31,231 bases of DNA from Hyphomicrobiales bacterium (GCA_030600135.1 JAUVMS010000001.1:1-31231); one strand, 5' to 3'; positions 1 to 9,609 are shown, numbered from the stretch's first letter. The notes: generated by a model from the letters alone, not told the origin. Made by a program: numbers and translations.

Positions 1-288
1 GATGAAGCAACTTCAGCTTTAGATAGTGAATCTGAGCAGCATATTCAAGAAGCATTAACAACCGTCATGCAACAAAGAACGACGCTGGTGATTGCACATC
101 GGCTTTCAACTGTGCAAAACGCCGATCTCATCTGCGTCATGGACGCCGGCACCATCATCGAACGCGGCGCCCATGCCGAGTTGCGTGCAAAGGGCGGGTT
201 CTATGAGCAGATGATATTGTCGCAGCTCCAGCCAGGTACCGCCGATCTGGAGAAACCCGAAACTATACGAGCCGGGGCCGCCGAATAG
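1..288 (+). CDS. ABC transporter ATP-binding domain, C-terminal fragment (MsbA-like exporter; 5' part outside window)
   Basis: Frame 1 is open from base 1 and reads DEATSALDSESE (Walker B/D-loop) ... TTLVIAHRLSTV (H-loop), with stop TAG at 286-288. The MsbA identity is inferred only from the neighbouring lipid A genes. Confidence 0.85.
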   Translation, partial: DEATSALDSESEQHIQEALTTVMQQRTTLVIAHRLSTVQNADLICVMDAGTIIERGAHAELRAKGGFYEQMILSQLQPGTADLEKPETIRAGAAE

Positions 289-299
289 CCCTCACCAAA

Positions 300-1052
300 C
301 TATTCCCGCCGCAAAACCTTGTTGACCACCGTGTTGGCCCACGTCTGCGACTTGAACAAATCCTTGAGTTCATCGGGTTGGTAGCGGGTCTCGACCCATT
401 CCAGGAACGGCAACCTCGCATCACCGTTGCGAGCAAGTCCGTTTCGCTCGCGCATATAGCTTTCAAAGAAATAGTCGAGCACGCCCGTGTCGGCCTGCTT
501 GAAGTGGCCGTAGCGCCAGTCGAGCTGACCAACGGCTGCTTCGATCGGCCGCCCCTCCTGCAGCAACACGTAAAGCGCACTCATGAGCCCGACACGATCC
601 GCGCCCGACTTGCAATGCATCAGGACCGGATACTCGATCGAGGCCAAAAGCTCTTTTGCCTCGCGCACCACTTCCGGGCGCGGCGCGGCGCGCGACTTGA
701 CTGGAAAGTCGACAAGCCTGATGCCATGGCGTTCGCACGCCGCCCTCTCGAGCCTGTAGCTGCCGCAATCACGAACTCCGCGCAGGTTCAGGATCGTGCG
801 GATACCCAAACGCTTGTAATAGCGAATCTGGTGGGGCGCGGGCTGGCTCGCCCGCCAGGCGACATCACTAATCTTGTGGCGATTGGGATAGATCACCCGA
901 AAGATGCCATGATCGACCAACAGCATATCGAGATAGTCGACCACTGGCCCGAAGGTTCGCCGCGCCCATTCCGGCGAGCGCGCAGAAATACCCTGGCGGA
1001 TTTCCTGCATTTTCCGGTAGAACTGGCGTCGCTGCTTTTTGGCAAGATTCAT
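300..1052 (-). CDS. Cys-based tyrosine/dual-specificity phosphatase family protein, probable CtpA-like lipid A-associated phosphatase
   Basis: It carries the P-loop HCKSGADRVG (CX5R), preceded by TILNLRG. The start is placed at ATG 1052 (MNLAKK) rather than the ORF-track start 1127. It is divergent from the lpxJ-like/waaA/lpxK genes. Confidence 0.85.
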   Translation of the reverse strand: MNLAKKQRRQFYRKMQEIRQGISARSPEWARRTFGPVVDYLDMLLVDHGIFRVIYPNRHKISDVAWRASQPAPHQIRYYKRLGIRTILNLRGVRDCGSYRLERAACERHGIRLVDFPVKSRAAPRPEVVREAKELLASIEYPVLMHCKSGADRVGLMSALYVLLQEGRPIEAAVGQLDWRYGHFKQADTGVLDYFFESYMRERNGLARNGDARLPFLEWVETRYQPDELKDLFKSQTWANTVVNKVLRRE

Positions 1053-1269
1053 GGCTTTGAGCCGTCGCTGTGCCTGCCCCGAGTCATGACCACTCGGATA
1101 GGACGGGCAATGAGCATTATGTAACACACTTGCAACTACCAGGATTTGCTACCCGATAGAATCACTGTCTCAACTCCCAGCATTTGAATCGGCTAAATAT
1201 CCGCTATAGATTCAATCATCAATGGGGCCGAATCGACTGCCCACAACAGGACGGCAAATCGACGCGCGC

Positions 1270-3288
1270 ATGTCGAAGAACAAGCAAGATCGCAAGCTCG
1301 TCCATTCCATCGCAGGCAACCTGCTGGCACGTTACATCCGACTCGTGCATTCAAGCAGCGACACACGCGCCGAGCCAACGGATTTCGCCGCGCGCGCCAC
1401 CACCAACAGCCCCTTCATATGCGCTGTTTGGCACGGCCAATTCATGATGGTACCAGCGCTCAATACACCGCGTCTGCCCTGGCGCGTACTGGTTGCGCGG
1501 CATGGTGATGCAGAAGCCATAGGGGCCGCGCTCGAGCAATTCGACATGCAGCTGATTCGCGGCGCTGGCGCGGGAGGGAGGAAACGTGATCGCGGTGGTG
1601 CGGCAGCACTTCGTGGCGCGCTGCGGGCGCTTGACGACGGTTGCAGCATTGCGATGACTGTGGAAACGCCACCTGGCCCACCCCGCAAAGTCGGCATGGG
1701 CATCATCACGCTCGCCCGCCTGTCAGGTCGCCCAATCCTGCCATGCGCGGTTGCAACCAGCCGCTACGCCGCATTCAATACGTGGAGCCGTTTTGTCATC
1801 AACCTACCCTTTGCGCGCCTCGGCCTCGCCCTCGGCGATCCGATCCACGTGCCTCGAAAGGCCGGCCCTGACGAACTCGAGCAACTGCGCCTCGAAGTTG
1901 AAGATGGCCTCAACCGGGCAACGTCGCGCGCCTATGAGCTTGCCGAGGCTGACCCGGCGCGCAGCTTGCCGCCCAATCTCGCCCCACGGCGCCCACCTGG
2001 TATCATGCTAAAGTCGTATCGGGCGCTAACTTCGGCCCTCCGCCCGGCCGCGCCCCTCATCCTTTCGCGCCGCGAGCGCCGGAACAAAGAGGATCCGACA
2101 CGGCGGAACGAACGATTTGGTATCGCTGATCGCCCCCGCCCGCCCGGTTTTTTGGTCTGGGTCCATGCCGCAAGCGTCGGCGAAACCAACGCCGTACTGC
2201 CCTTGATCGCCGCGCTGAAAGCGAGGCGGCCAGCACTAAGATTTCTGTTAACAACGGGCACTGTGACGTCTGCCAAACTGGCTGCTGATCGAGCGCAGGA
2301 CTTGGCCATTCATCAGTACATCCCGCTCGATGCGCCGCAATATGTGAGGCGTTTCTTGGAGCACTGGTCTCCAGATTTGGCGATTCTCACTGAATCCGAG
2401 GTCTGGCCGAATCTTATTTTGGAAACCTCGGCGCGCGAAATTCCAACCGCGCTCGTCAATGGGCGCTTATCGGCAAAATCGTTTCGAACGTGGCGCCGGC
2501 GCATATCCATTGCCCAACAGCTCTTTGGCTGCATCGATGTCGTTCTGGCCCAGAATAAGGCAATGGCGAAGCGATTTTCCCAATTGGGAGCACGCGATGT
2601 CGTTGTCGCCGGCAACGTCAAGATGGACGCCCCTCCACCGCCGGTCGACCTGATGGAACTCAAGCGCCTGCGCGAGGCCATCAAGGACCGGCAAATTTTT
2701 GTCGCCACCAGTACCCACCCACGCGAAGAAGACCTCATTGCAAGCGTCCATCGCGTGCTGGCCAAAGATATCGAAGATCTGTTGACCATCATCATTCCAC
2801 GCCACCCCGAACGTGGAACTGACATTGCACAAGCCATCATGGCTGAGGGTATGGACGTCCGCCAACGCTCTGCCGGCCAGTCACCGGAGCGCCCGTGCGA
2901 TATCTATCTCGCTGACACCATCGGCGAAGTTGGGACATTCTACGCCTTGGCGCGTTTGGTGTTCATCGGCGGCTCACTGGTTCCCCATGGTGGGCAAAAC
3001 CCGGTCGAAGCCGTCAAGCTGGGCTGCGGCCTGCTAACCGGTCCGCATTGGCACAATTTCCGCGATGTCTACCGGGAACTCATCCGCGCTGGCGGTTGTG
3101 TCGAGATTCAGGACCCAATCGACTTGGCGAAGGAAACCGGCCGCCTCTTAGCAGACGAAGCAGCGTTGGAAGCGATGGTGCAGAAAGCTACCCAGACAGT
3201 TGAACAAATGGGTGGCGCACTGGAGCGCACGATTGCCACGTTGGAACGTTATCTGCCGCGCGAGAAGGACCTCAAGCGTGCGTCTTGA
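1270..3288 (+). CDS. waaA: Fusion of DUF374/LpxJ-like lipid A acyltransferase (N-terminal) and 3-deoxy-D-manno-octulosonic acid transferase WaaA/KdtA (C-terminal)
   Basis: The N-terminal ~230 aa show DUF374 motifs (CAVWHG, LVARHGDAE, IRGAG, GIITLARLSGRPILP, W-RFVINLPF). The rest shows WaaA motifs (WVHAASVGE, LLTTGTVTS, HQYIPLD, ESEVWPN, IPRHPERG, DTIGE, FIGGSLVPHGGQNPVEA). There is no stop between them. The likely start is ATG 1270; the ORF track starts at 1222. Confidence 0.93.
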   Translation: MSKNKQDRKLVHSIAGNLLARYIRLVHSSSDTRAEPTDFAARATTNSPFICAVWHGQFMMVPALNTPRLPWRVLVARHGDAEAIGAALEQFDMQLIRGAGAGGRKRDRGGAAALRGALRALDDGCSIAMTVETPPGPPRKVGMGIITLARLSGRPILPCAVATSRYAAFNTWSRFVINLPFARLGLALGDPIHVPRKAGPDELEQLRLEVEDGLNRATSRAYELAEADPARSLPPNLAPRRPPGIMLKSYRALTSALRPAAPLILSRRERRNKEDPTRRNERFGIADRPRPPGFLVWVHAASVGETNAVLPLIAALKARRPALRFLLTTGTVTSAKLAADRAQDLAIHQYIPLDAPQYVRRFLEHWSPDLAILTESEVWPNLILETSAREIPTALVNGRLSAKSFRTWRRRISIAQQLFGCIDVVLAQNKAMAKRFSQLGARDVVVAGNVKMDAPPPPVDLMELKRLREAIKDRQIFVATSTHPREEDLIASVHRVLAKDIEDLLTIIIPRHPERGTDIAQAIMAEGMDVRQRSAGQSPERPCDIYLADTIGEVGTFYALARLVFIGGSLVPHGGQNPVEAVKLGCGLLTGPHWHNFRDVYRELIRAGGCVEIQDPIDLAKETGRLLADEAALEAMVQKATQTVEQMGGALERTIATLERYLPREKDLKRAS

Positions 3289-4321
3289 ACCGCCGGCCTG
3301 GTGGTATGAGACCGACGCAACTTGGACCGCGCGTCTGCTACAGCCGCTGGCCGGCATCTATGGGCTCATCGTCAAACGGCGATTTCAGGCGGTTGCGTCT
3401 CAGAAATCCAATATTCCAGTCATCTGCATCGGCAATTTCACTGCTGGTGGCGCCGGCAAGACGCCGCTCGCAATTTTCATTGCAAATCAACTGGGTAGCC
3501 TGGGCCATGCCGCGGCATTCCTGACTCGCGGCTATGGCGGCACGACCGTTGGCCCGCACCACGTCGATCCAACGATCGATACCGCTCGCGAAGTCGGCGA
3601 CGAGGCCTTACTGTTGGCCCGCCATGCCCCAGTTGTCGTTGCCCGCAATCGGCCCGACGGCGCCAACGCGATCGAGTCGACCGGCGTAGACGCCATCGTC
3701 ATGGACGACGGGCTGCAAAACCCTAGCCTCGCCAAAGACTTGACCATCGCCGTCATTGACGCCGAAGTGGCGCTTGGCAACCAGCGCGTCATACCGTCCG
3801 GCCCGCTTCGCGCACCGCTCGACTTTCAGTTGGGCCTCGTCGACGCAATCGTCATCAATCATAGCGATGGTGAGGCCCCGGCCACCGGAACGAGCGCACA
3901 GCGGTTCAAGTTTGATCAGCCAACGTTCGAGGCCCAAATCGTACCCACCGCAGACGCTCGCAAGGACTTGGCCGGTGCACCCGTGGTCGCGTTTGCTGGA
4001 ATTGGCCGTCCCGAAAAATTCTTTTCGACATTGCGCGCTGCTGGCGCGTCGTTGAAGGCCACATGCAGCTTTCCCGATCACCACAGGTTCAGCGACGCCG
4101 ATGCCACACGATTACTTGAGCTTGGCGAAAGCAATGCCGCGCGTCTGATGACCACGGAGAAAGACTGGGTCCGCATCGACGCCCACGACGGGCCGCTTGC
4201 CACGTTGCGCCAGCGCGTGACACCGCTACCAATTGAGCTTCGGCTCAATCAAAATGACGAAGAACGGATGATCAATTTGCTGCAACGCATTGTCACCAAG
4301 TCGAACGCGATCACGATCTAA
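3278..4321 (+). CDS. lpxK: Tetraacyldisaccharide 4'-kinase
   Basis: Motifs ICIGNFTAGGAGKTP, LTRGYGG, VGDEALLLA, MDDGLQN, FPDHH and TTEKD are present. A GTG start at 3278 follows GAGAAGGA and overlaps the waaA stop. Confidence 0.96.
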   Translation: MRLEPPAWWYETDATWTARLLQPLAGIYGLIVKRRFQAVASQKSNIPVICIGNFTAGGAGKTPLAIFIANQLGSLGHAAAFLTRGYGGTTVGPHHVDPTIDTAREVGDEALLLARHAPVVVARNRPDGANAIESTGVDAIVMDDGLQNPSLAKDLTIAVIDAEVALGNQRVIPSGPLRAPLDFQLGLVDAIVINHSDGEAPATGTSAQRFKFDQPTFEAQIVPTADARKDLAGAPVVAFAGIGRPEKFFSTLRAAGASLKATCSFPDHHRFSDADATRLLELGESNAARLMTTEKDWVRIDAHDGPLATLRQRVTPLPIELRLNQNDEERMINLLQRIVTKSNAITI

Positions 4322-4545
4322 CGCTTCAGTCTGGTAACCTGCAGATGCCGCGATAGCGAAATCTCGGCGTTGGCGTAGGGCTCTTGCAGCTCGGCATTCC
4401 AATAACGCAATTCATCGAGCGGTATTTTTTGTCCGCTCACGGCACATTGCACATAGTCTCCCGGAAGCAAGACCTGATACTCGCCATCCAGATACTTTAC
4501 TTTGGCCTCGCCTCTCAGGCCGAGAAATCGTTCAAATCGGTTCAT
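4318..4545 (-). CDS. DUF2093 family small protein
   Basis: 75 aa with EAKVKYLDGEYQVLLPGDYVQCAVSGQKIPLDELRYWN..QEPY, the recognisable alphaproteobacterial DUF2093 pattern. It is convergent with lpxK and their stops overlap. Confidence 0.88.
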   Translation of the reverse strand: MNRFERFLGLRGEAKVKYLDGEYQVLLPGDYVQCAVSGQKIPLDELRYWNAELQEPYANAEISLSRHLQVTRLKR

Positions 4546-4592
4546 TGAGTTATCTAATCTCCCGTCAACTGATACAATAGCGACAGCAATGA

Positions 4593-4610
4593 AAAAGCTC
4601 TAGAGCTTTT
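4593..4610. promoter_or_regulatory. Perfect 18-bp palindrome, candidate regulator site
   Basis: AAAAGCTCTAGAGCTTTT equals its own reverse complement and lies ~50 bp upstream of the DUF2093 start. Confidence 0.4.
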
Positions 4611-4619
4611 GGATACCAG

Positions 4620-4636
4620 TGGCACAAGTTGTGCCA
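4620..4636 (-). promoter_or_regulatory. Candidate sigma-54 (-24/-12) promoter, itself palindromic
   Basis: The minus strand reads (T)TGGCAC-AACTT-GTGC, with GG and GC 10 nt apart as in the RpoN consensus TGGCAC-N5-TTGC. It points toward DUF2093. Confidence 0.4.
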
Positions 4637-4649
4637 ATTCGCTCGTCGC

Positions 4650-6245
4650 TCAAAAGAGCGATCCTTGGTTGTTTTTCTTTTGCGCGCCTGGCCGCTGCCG
4701 GTTTGGTTCAGCGACCGGAGCTTTTTCGCCGTGATCAACCTGGGTCTCAAGCGCCTGTGCGCCGACTCGCCCATCGACGAATTCGAGCTCGAGCAGATCC
4801 CCACGCTCCACCGCCGTCGCGCGACGCAGGGGTTGCCCCTCCGCATCGCGCACCAGCGCAAATCCACGCTCGAGCACCGATTGATGACTGAGGCTGTTGA
4901 GCAATCCGAACATTGCGTTCAATGCCCCACGTCGCGTCGCCATATTGGCCATGTAGGCACGGCCACGACGCTCGTCGAGTGCCACCAGCCTTTCCCGAGC
5001 GACCACCATCCGACGTTCAAACGTCTTGGCGGTCAGCCGTCCAGCCACTTGTATGAACTCTCTTCGGTGCGCTCGCGTCGCCACCAACAGGCTCTGGCGC
5101 GCTGCCCGCGCGTGTGCATCAAGGCGCTCTCGCGAGCGCAGCAAGCGCTGTCGCAGAAGCGGCAACTGCAGCCTGCCCGCCACCTTGGCCAAACGATGCG
5201 CACTTCTTTGCGTGCTGGCCAGCAACCCCCGGCCGAGGCGACCCGCGACGCTGTCCAACCTCTGGCGGGGTAGTGCAACGAGATCTTGTGGCCGTGGCAA
5301 TCCTCGCGCTGCCGCTTTGAGCCGCGATCGCTGCTCATCGAGCGCTCGCCGCAACCGCAATCGCAACCGCTCGCCCAGCTCGGTTATTCGCTCCAGCAGA
5401 TCGAAGTGGCGCGGCACTGCCCACTCCGCCGCCTTGGTCGGTGTCGGCGCCCGCGCATCAGCCACCAAATCAATGAGCGTCCAGTCGGTCTCATGCCCGA
5501 CCGCCGAGACGACGGGGATCTCGCTTTCCGCCACCGCTCGCACAACCGCCTCTTCGTTGAACCCCCAGAGGTCCTCGAGACTGCCGCCGCCGCGCGCGAC
5601 GATGAGCACGTCAGGCCTCGGCACCTGAGCCCCATCACCTAACTTGTTAAAGCCCTGGATCGCCTTAGCCACTTCGCCTGCTGACTGCTCGCCTTGTACC
5701 CGCACGGGCCAAACGATGACGTGGACTGGAAAGCGCTCAGAAAACCCGTGCATCATGTCGCGAATGACCGCACCCGTGGGCGAGGTCACAATCCCGATCA
5801 CCCTCGGCAAGAACGGCAGCGATCGCTTGCGGGCCTCGTCAAAAAGCCCCTCAGCGGCGAGCTTCTTCTTGCGCTCCTCGAGCAGCGCCATTAGCGCGCC
5901 GACGCCCGCCGGCTCGAGAAAGTCGATGACAATCTGATACTTGCTCTGACCCGGAAAGGTCGTGAGCTTGCCAGTGGCCACCACTTCTAGGCCCTGTTCG
6001 GGTTGTATTGGCAGACGCGCTGCAACGCCCTTCCAGATCACGCCGGCAAGCACAGATCGATCGTCCTTCAAGTCGAGATAGACGTGCCCCGAGCCCGGTC
6101 GCGACACGCGGCCGATCTCGCCGCGCACCCGCACATGATCGAACGTGCCCTCGATCACTTTCTTCAATCCGAACGAAAGCTCGGAAACCGTGTACTCCCG
6201 AACGTTCGTGCCTGGCTTGGCTGTCTGGGTGGCGCTCTCGCCCAC
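4650..6245 (-). CDS. xseA: Exodeoxyribonuclease VII large subunit
   Basis: Motifs YTVSELS, VRVRGEI, SGHVYLDLKD, IGIVTSPTGAVIRD, VQGE, ARGGGSLEDLWGFNEE, SAVGHETD and APTPT, plus C-terminal LERGFALVR. GTG start with a GGGGAG RBS. Confidence 0.97.
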   Translation of the reverse strand: MGESATQTAKPGTNVREYTVSELSFGLKKVIEGTFDHVRVRGEIGRVSRPGSGHVYLDLKDDRSVLAGVIWKGVAARLPIQPEQGLEVVATGKLTTFPGQSKYQIVIDFLEPAGVGALMALLEERKKKLAAEGLFDEARKRSLPFLPRVIGIVTSPTGAVIRDMMHGFSERFPVHVIVWPVRVQGEQSAGEVAKAIQGFNKLGDGAQVPRPDVLIVARGGGSLEDLWGFNEEAVVRAVAESEIPVVSAVGHETDWTLIDLVADARAPTPTKAAEWAVPRHFDLLERITELGERLRLRLRRALDEQRSRLKAAARGLPRPQDLVALPRQRLDSVAGRLGRGLLASTQRSAHRLAKVAGRLQLPLLRQRLLRSRERLDAHARAARQSLLVATRAHRREFIQVAGRLTAKTFERRMVVARERLVALDERRGRAYMANMATRRGALNAMFGLLNSLSHQSVLERGFALVRDAEGQPLRRATAVERGDLLELEFVDGRVGAQALETQVDHGEKAPVAEPNRQRPGAQKKNNQGSLF

Positions 6246-6375
6246 GAATCAACTCCCCGTTTGCGTGGTGCGCGCCGGATGATACAAGACTGCCGGCAAT
6301 GACAAAGGCGCGATTTTGGACCCTGTCGACAAAGCAGGGGTCCATCACCAATGACGAGAACGAGGCCGCACCATC

Positions 6376-7659
6376 ATGAACGTCCTCATCATCGGCTCGG
6401 GCGGGCGTGAACATTCGCTCGCTTGGGCCATTGCCGCAAGCCCACTCCTCGGCGAGCTGTTTTGTGCCCCTGGCAATGGCGGGACCGCAACGCTTGCAAG
6501 CAATGTGGCGCTGGACGCGAGTGATCACAAGGCGATCGTGGAGTTTTGCCATGACCGGTCGATTGATCTGGTCGTTGTTGGCCCGGAAGCACCGCTGGTT
6601 GCCGGCCTTGCCGATGACCTGATGGCCGCCGGCATCAAGGTCTTTGGTCCGAGCAAAGCGGCTGCGCAGCTGGAAGGGTCCAAGGCTTTCACCAAGACGC
6701 TCTGCAGGGACAACGACATTCCGACGGCGGCCTACGCCCACGTCTCATCGGCTGGTGAAGCCAAGGCCTACGTCGCACAATGCGGCGCGCCCATTGTCGT
6801 CAAGGCGGACGGCCTTGCGGCCGGCAAGGGTGTGTTCGTTGCCCAAACCGTCGACGAGGCCAATAACGCCATCGACATCTGCTTTTCCGGTGAGTTTGGC
6901 GAGGCCGGCGCCGAAGTCGTCATCGAAGACTGTCTTGTTGGCGAAGAGGCGAGCTACTTTGCCCTGACCGATGGCAAATCCATCCTGCCGCTTGCCACTG
7001 CCCAGGACCACAAGCGCATCTTCGACGGCGACGAGGGTCCCAACACAGGCGGCATGGGTGCCCATTCGCCGGCCCCGGTCATGACCGATGCCATGTGCAC
7101 GCGCGTCATGGACGAGATCATCCGCCCGACGGTCGACGCCATGGCCCACGCCGGCACGCCCTATGTCGGCGTACTCTATGCCGGGCTGATGATCGCCGAC
7201 GAAGGGCCGCAACTGATCGAATACAACGTTCGCTTCGGCGACCCGGAATGCCAGGTCCTGATGATGCGGCTCAGGTCGGATCTCCTGCCCGCACTTGTTG
7301 CGACGGCCGACGGCCAACTCGCTAACTTCGATTTGCGCTGGCGCGACGACAAGGCGCTGACAGTGGTGCTCGCCACCCAAGGCTATCCGGGCGATTACGA
7401 GAAGGGTTCGGTCATTCGCCGCCTCGATGAAGCAGGCAGCGACGGCAATGTCGAGATTTTCCATGCCGGCACCAAACTGCAAGATGGACGAACGCTGGCG
7501 TGCGGCGGCCGCGTGCTCAATGTCACGGCCCGCGGCAAGACCGTGGGCGAGGCTCGGACGCGGGCCTACGAAGCCATCAAGCAAATCGACTGGCCCGAAG
7601 GATACTGGCGAACCGACATCGGCTGGCGCGCCATCGAGCGCGAGGAGAGCCCGTCATGA
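6376..7659 (+). CDS. purD: Phosphoribosylamine--glycine ligase
   Basis: Motifs [63 protein letters not shown] and GGRVL are present. Confidence 0.98.
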   Translation: MNVLIIGSGGREHSLAWAIAASPLLGELFCAPGNGGTATLASNVALDASDHKAIVEFCHDRSIDLVVVGPEAPLVAGLADDLMAAGIKVFGPSKAAAQLEGSKAFTKTLCRDNDIPTAAYAHVSSAGEAKAYVAQCGAPIVVKADGLAAGKGVFVAQTVDEANNAIDICFSGEFGEAGAEVVIEDCLVGEEASYFALTDGKSILPLATAQDHKRIFDGDEGPNTGGMGAHSPAPVMTDAMCTRVMDEIIRPTVDAMAHAGTPYVGVLYAGLMIADEGPQLIEYNVRFGDPECQVLMMRLRSDLLPALVATADGQLANFDLRWRDDKALTVVLATQGYPGDYEKGSVIRRLDEAGSDGNVEIFHAGTKLQDGRTLACGGRVLNVTARGKTVGEARTRAYEAIKQIDWPEGYWRTDIGWRAIEREESPS

Positions 7660-8576
7660 GCGCGGCGAACGACCTCTTTCCTGGCTTTGACAGTCGACGG
7701 ATTGCGACATCCGCAGCCGAAATTTTTGTCCGCATCGGCGGCTCCGGCCCGCCGCTGGCTCTGCTCCACGGCTATCCTCAGACCCATGCCATTTGGCACA
7801 AGATGGCGCCGGAACTGGCAAGGCGCTTTACTCTGATCCTCCCCGATTTGCGCGGTTACGGCCAAAGCCTTGGCCCTCCATCCGATCCCGAGCACACGGC
7901 CTATTCAAAGCGGGCGATGGCGGGCGATATCGTCGAGGTCATGCGTTCGCTCGGCCATGAGCGGTTCGCACTCGGCGCCCACGACCGCGGCGCCCGGGTC
8001 GCTTACCGATTGGCGCTGGATCATCCAGACGTCGTGGCACGGCTTGTCATCCTGGATGTCGTACCGACTGTCGACGCCTGGCAGGCGATGGCGGCGCAGG
8101 AGGCACTCGATACCTACCACTGGCCGTTCCTGGCACAACCGGCCCCGCTGCCCGAAACGCTGATCGCCGGCGCGCCAGAGTTTTATGTCGATCACACGCT
8201 TGCCAGTTGGTCAGCCACCAACGATCTCACGCCATTCGCTCCAGCCGCGCTCGCCCAGTATCGCGCACTATTGGCAAACCCCGAAAGCAGACATGCGGCC
8301 TGCGAAGACTATCGCGCCGGCGCCACTTGCGATTGGCAGTATGACAAGGCCGACAAGGAAGCTGGCCGCAAGATCGCCTGCCCGACATTGGTGCTGTGGG
8401 GCACCGACTATCTGAGCCAGACCCCCGATCAAAGCACACTGGATGTGTGGCGCCCCTGGTGCACGGATGTGCGGGGCTCTACCATACGCTCGGGCCACTT
8501 CCTTGCGGAGGAAAACCCCGTCGACACGCTCGACCACATGTTGCATTTTCTCGAGCAATACCAAGGAGCCACGTAA
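7656..8576 (+). CDS. Alpha/beta hydrolase, fluoroacetate dehalogenase-like
   Basis: The ATG overlaps the purD stop (ATGA). Motifs [15 protein letters not shown] (nucleophile Asp, Arg, Arg), [21 protein letters not shown] and SGHFLAEE match the catalytic set of Rhodopseudomonas-type fluoroacetate dehalogenases. Confidence 0.88.
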   Translation: MSAANDLFPGFDSRRIATSAAEIFVRIGGSGPPLALLHGYPQTHAIWHKMAPELARRFTLILPDLRGYGQSLGPPSDPEHTAYSKRAMAGDIVEVMRSLGHERFALGAHDRGARVAYRLALDHPDVVARLVILDVVPTVDAWQAMAAQEALDTYHWPFLAQPAPLPETLIAGAPEFYVDHTLASWSATNDLTPFAPAALAQYRALLANPESRHAACEDYRAGATCDWQYDKADKEAGRKIACPTLVLWGTDYLSQTPDQSTLDVWRPWCTDVRGSTIRSGHFLAEENPVDTLDHMLHFLEQYQGAT

Positions 8577-8681
8577 AGCTCGATTTTCTCAACGCCAGTC
8601 GGGCGGCTTGAAGACCCGCTGAAAAACACCAAGTTTCAGCGATCGATTTGCGATCAATTGCAACAGAAGCGGCGGTTCAAA

Positions 8682-9563
8682 ATGGACGACAAAGTTCCGG
8701 CAAAGATCGAACCGAAGCCGCCCAGGGGTTCGATCGCCCTGGCGCTCGGCGGCGGTGCGGCACGTGGAATTGCCCATATTCCCCTGCTTGAAGCGCTCGA
8801 CGAACTCGGCATCCGTCCGCGCGTCATCGCAGGCACCTCCATCGGCGCCCTCATCGGTTCCGTCTATGCCAACGGCATGTCCGGCCGTGACATCCGCCGC
8901 TATACCCTCGACTTGTTTGAGGCACGGTCCGAGCTAATTCGTCGCTTGATCAACAGATGGCCGGGCTCTCTGACCAGCCTCATCAATCCGATGACACCGG
9001 CCATTATCAATCCAGTTACGCTCTTTGAAATTGTTCTACCGGAGGACTTGCCGAAGGATTTCTCCGAGCTCAAGATCCCGCTCAAAGTCGTCGCCGCCGA
9101 TTTTCATGCCCAGGAACAGGTGATCATCAGTTCCGGACCGCTGCTGCCGGCAATTAGCGCCAGCTCAGCTCTACCGGCGCTGCTCACTCCGGTGAAGCTC
9201 GACGGCCATATTCTGATCGACGGCGGATTCGTCAACCCGACACCGTTCGATATCGTCACCAACGATGCTGAATTCACCGTCGCCGTCGATGTAACGGGCA
9301 AGGGCGGTACGGAGCCGGGCGAAATGCCAAATTCCATGGAGGCCTGGATCGGTGCGGCTCAGATCACGCTCTATTCCATCGTCCGCGAGAAGCTCAAGTA
9401 TGAGGCGCCCGACATACTCATCAGACCCGACGTCGGCAGATTTCGGGTTTTGGATTTCTACAAGGTCGAAGAAATACTGGAAGCTGCGGAACCGGCACGG
9501 ATGGAATTCATAAAGCAGCTCGATAAATTGCTCAAGAAATCTGCGAGCACATCGGAAATCTGA
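8682..9563 (+). CDS. Patatin-like phospholipase/esterase
   Basis: Motifs GGGAARG (GxGxxG), GTSIG (GxSxG) and DGGF are present. The start is placed at ATG 8682; the ORF track starts at 8658. Confidence 0.93.
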   Translation: MDDKVPAKIEPKPPRGSIALALGGGAARGIAHIPLLEALDELGIRPRVIAGTSIGALIGSVYANGMSGRDIRRYTLDLFEARSELIRRLINRWPGSLTSLINPMTPAIINPVTLFEIVLPEDLPKDFSELKIPLKVVAADFHAQEQVIISSGPLLPAISASSALPALLTPVKLDGHILIDGGFVNPTPFDIVTNDAEFTVAVDVTGKGGTEPGEMPNSMEAWIGAAQITLYSIVREKLKYEAPDILIRPDVGRFRVLDFYKVEEILEAAEPARMEFIKQLDKLLKKSASTSEI

Positions 9564-9609
9564 TAAATTTCAATCTCGCGATGTCGATCCGCATGACGTG
9601 GACTGCGAG

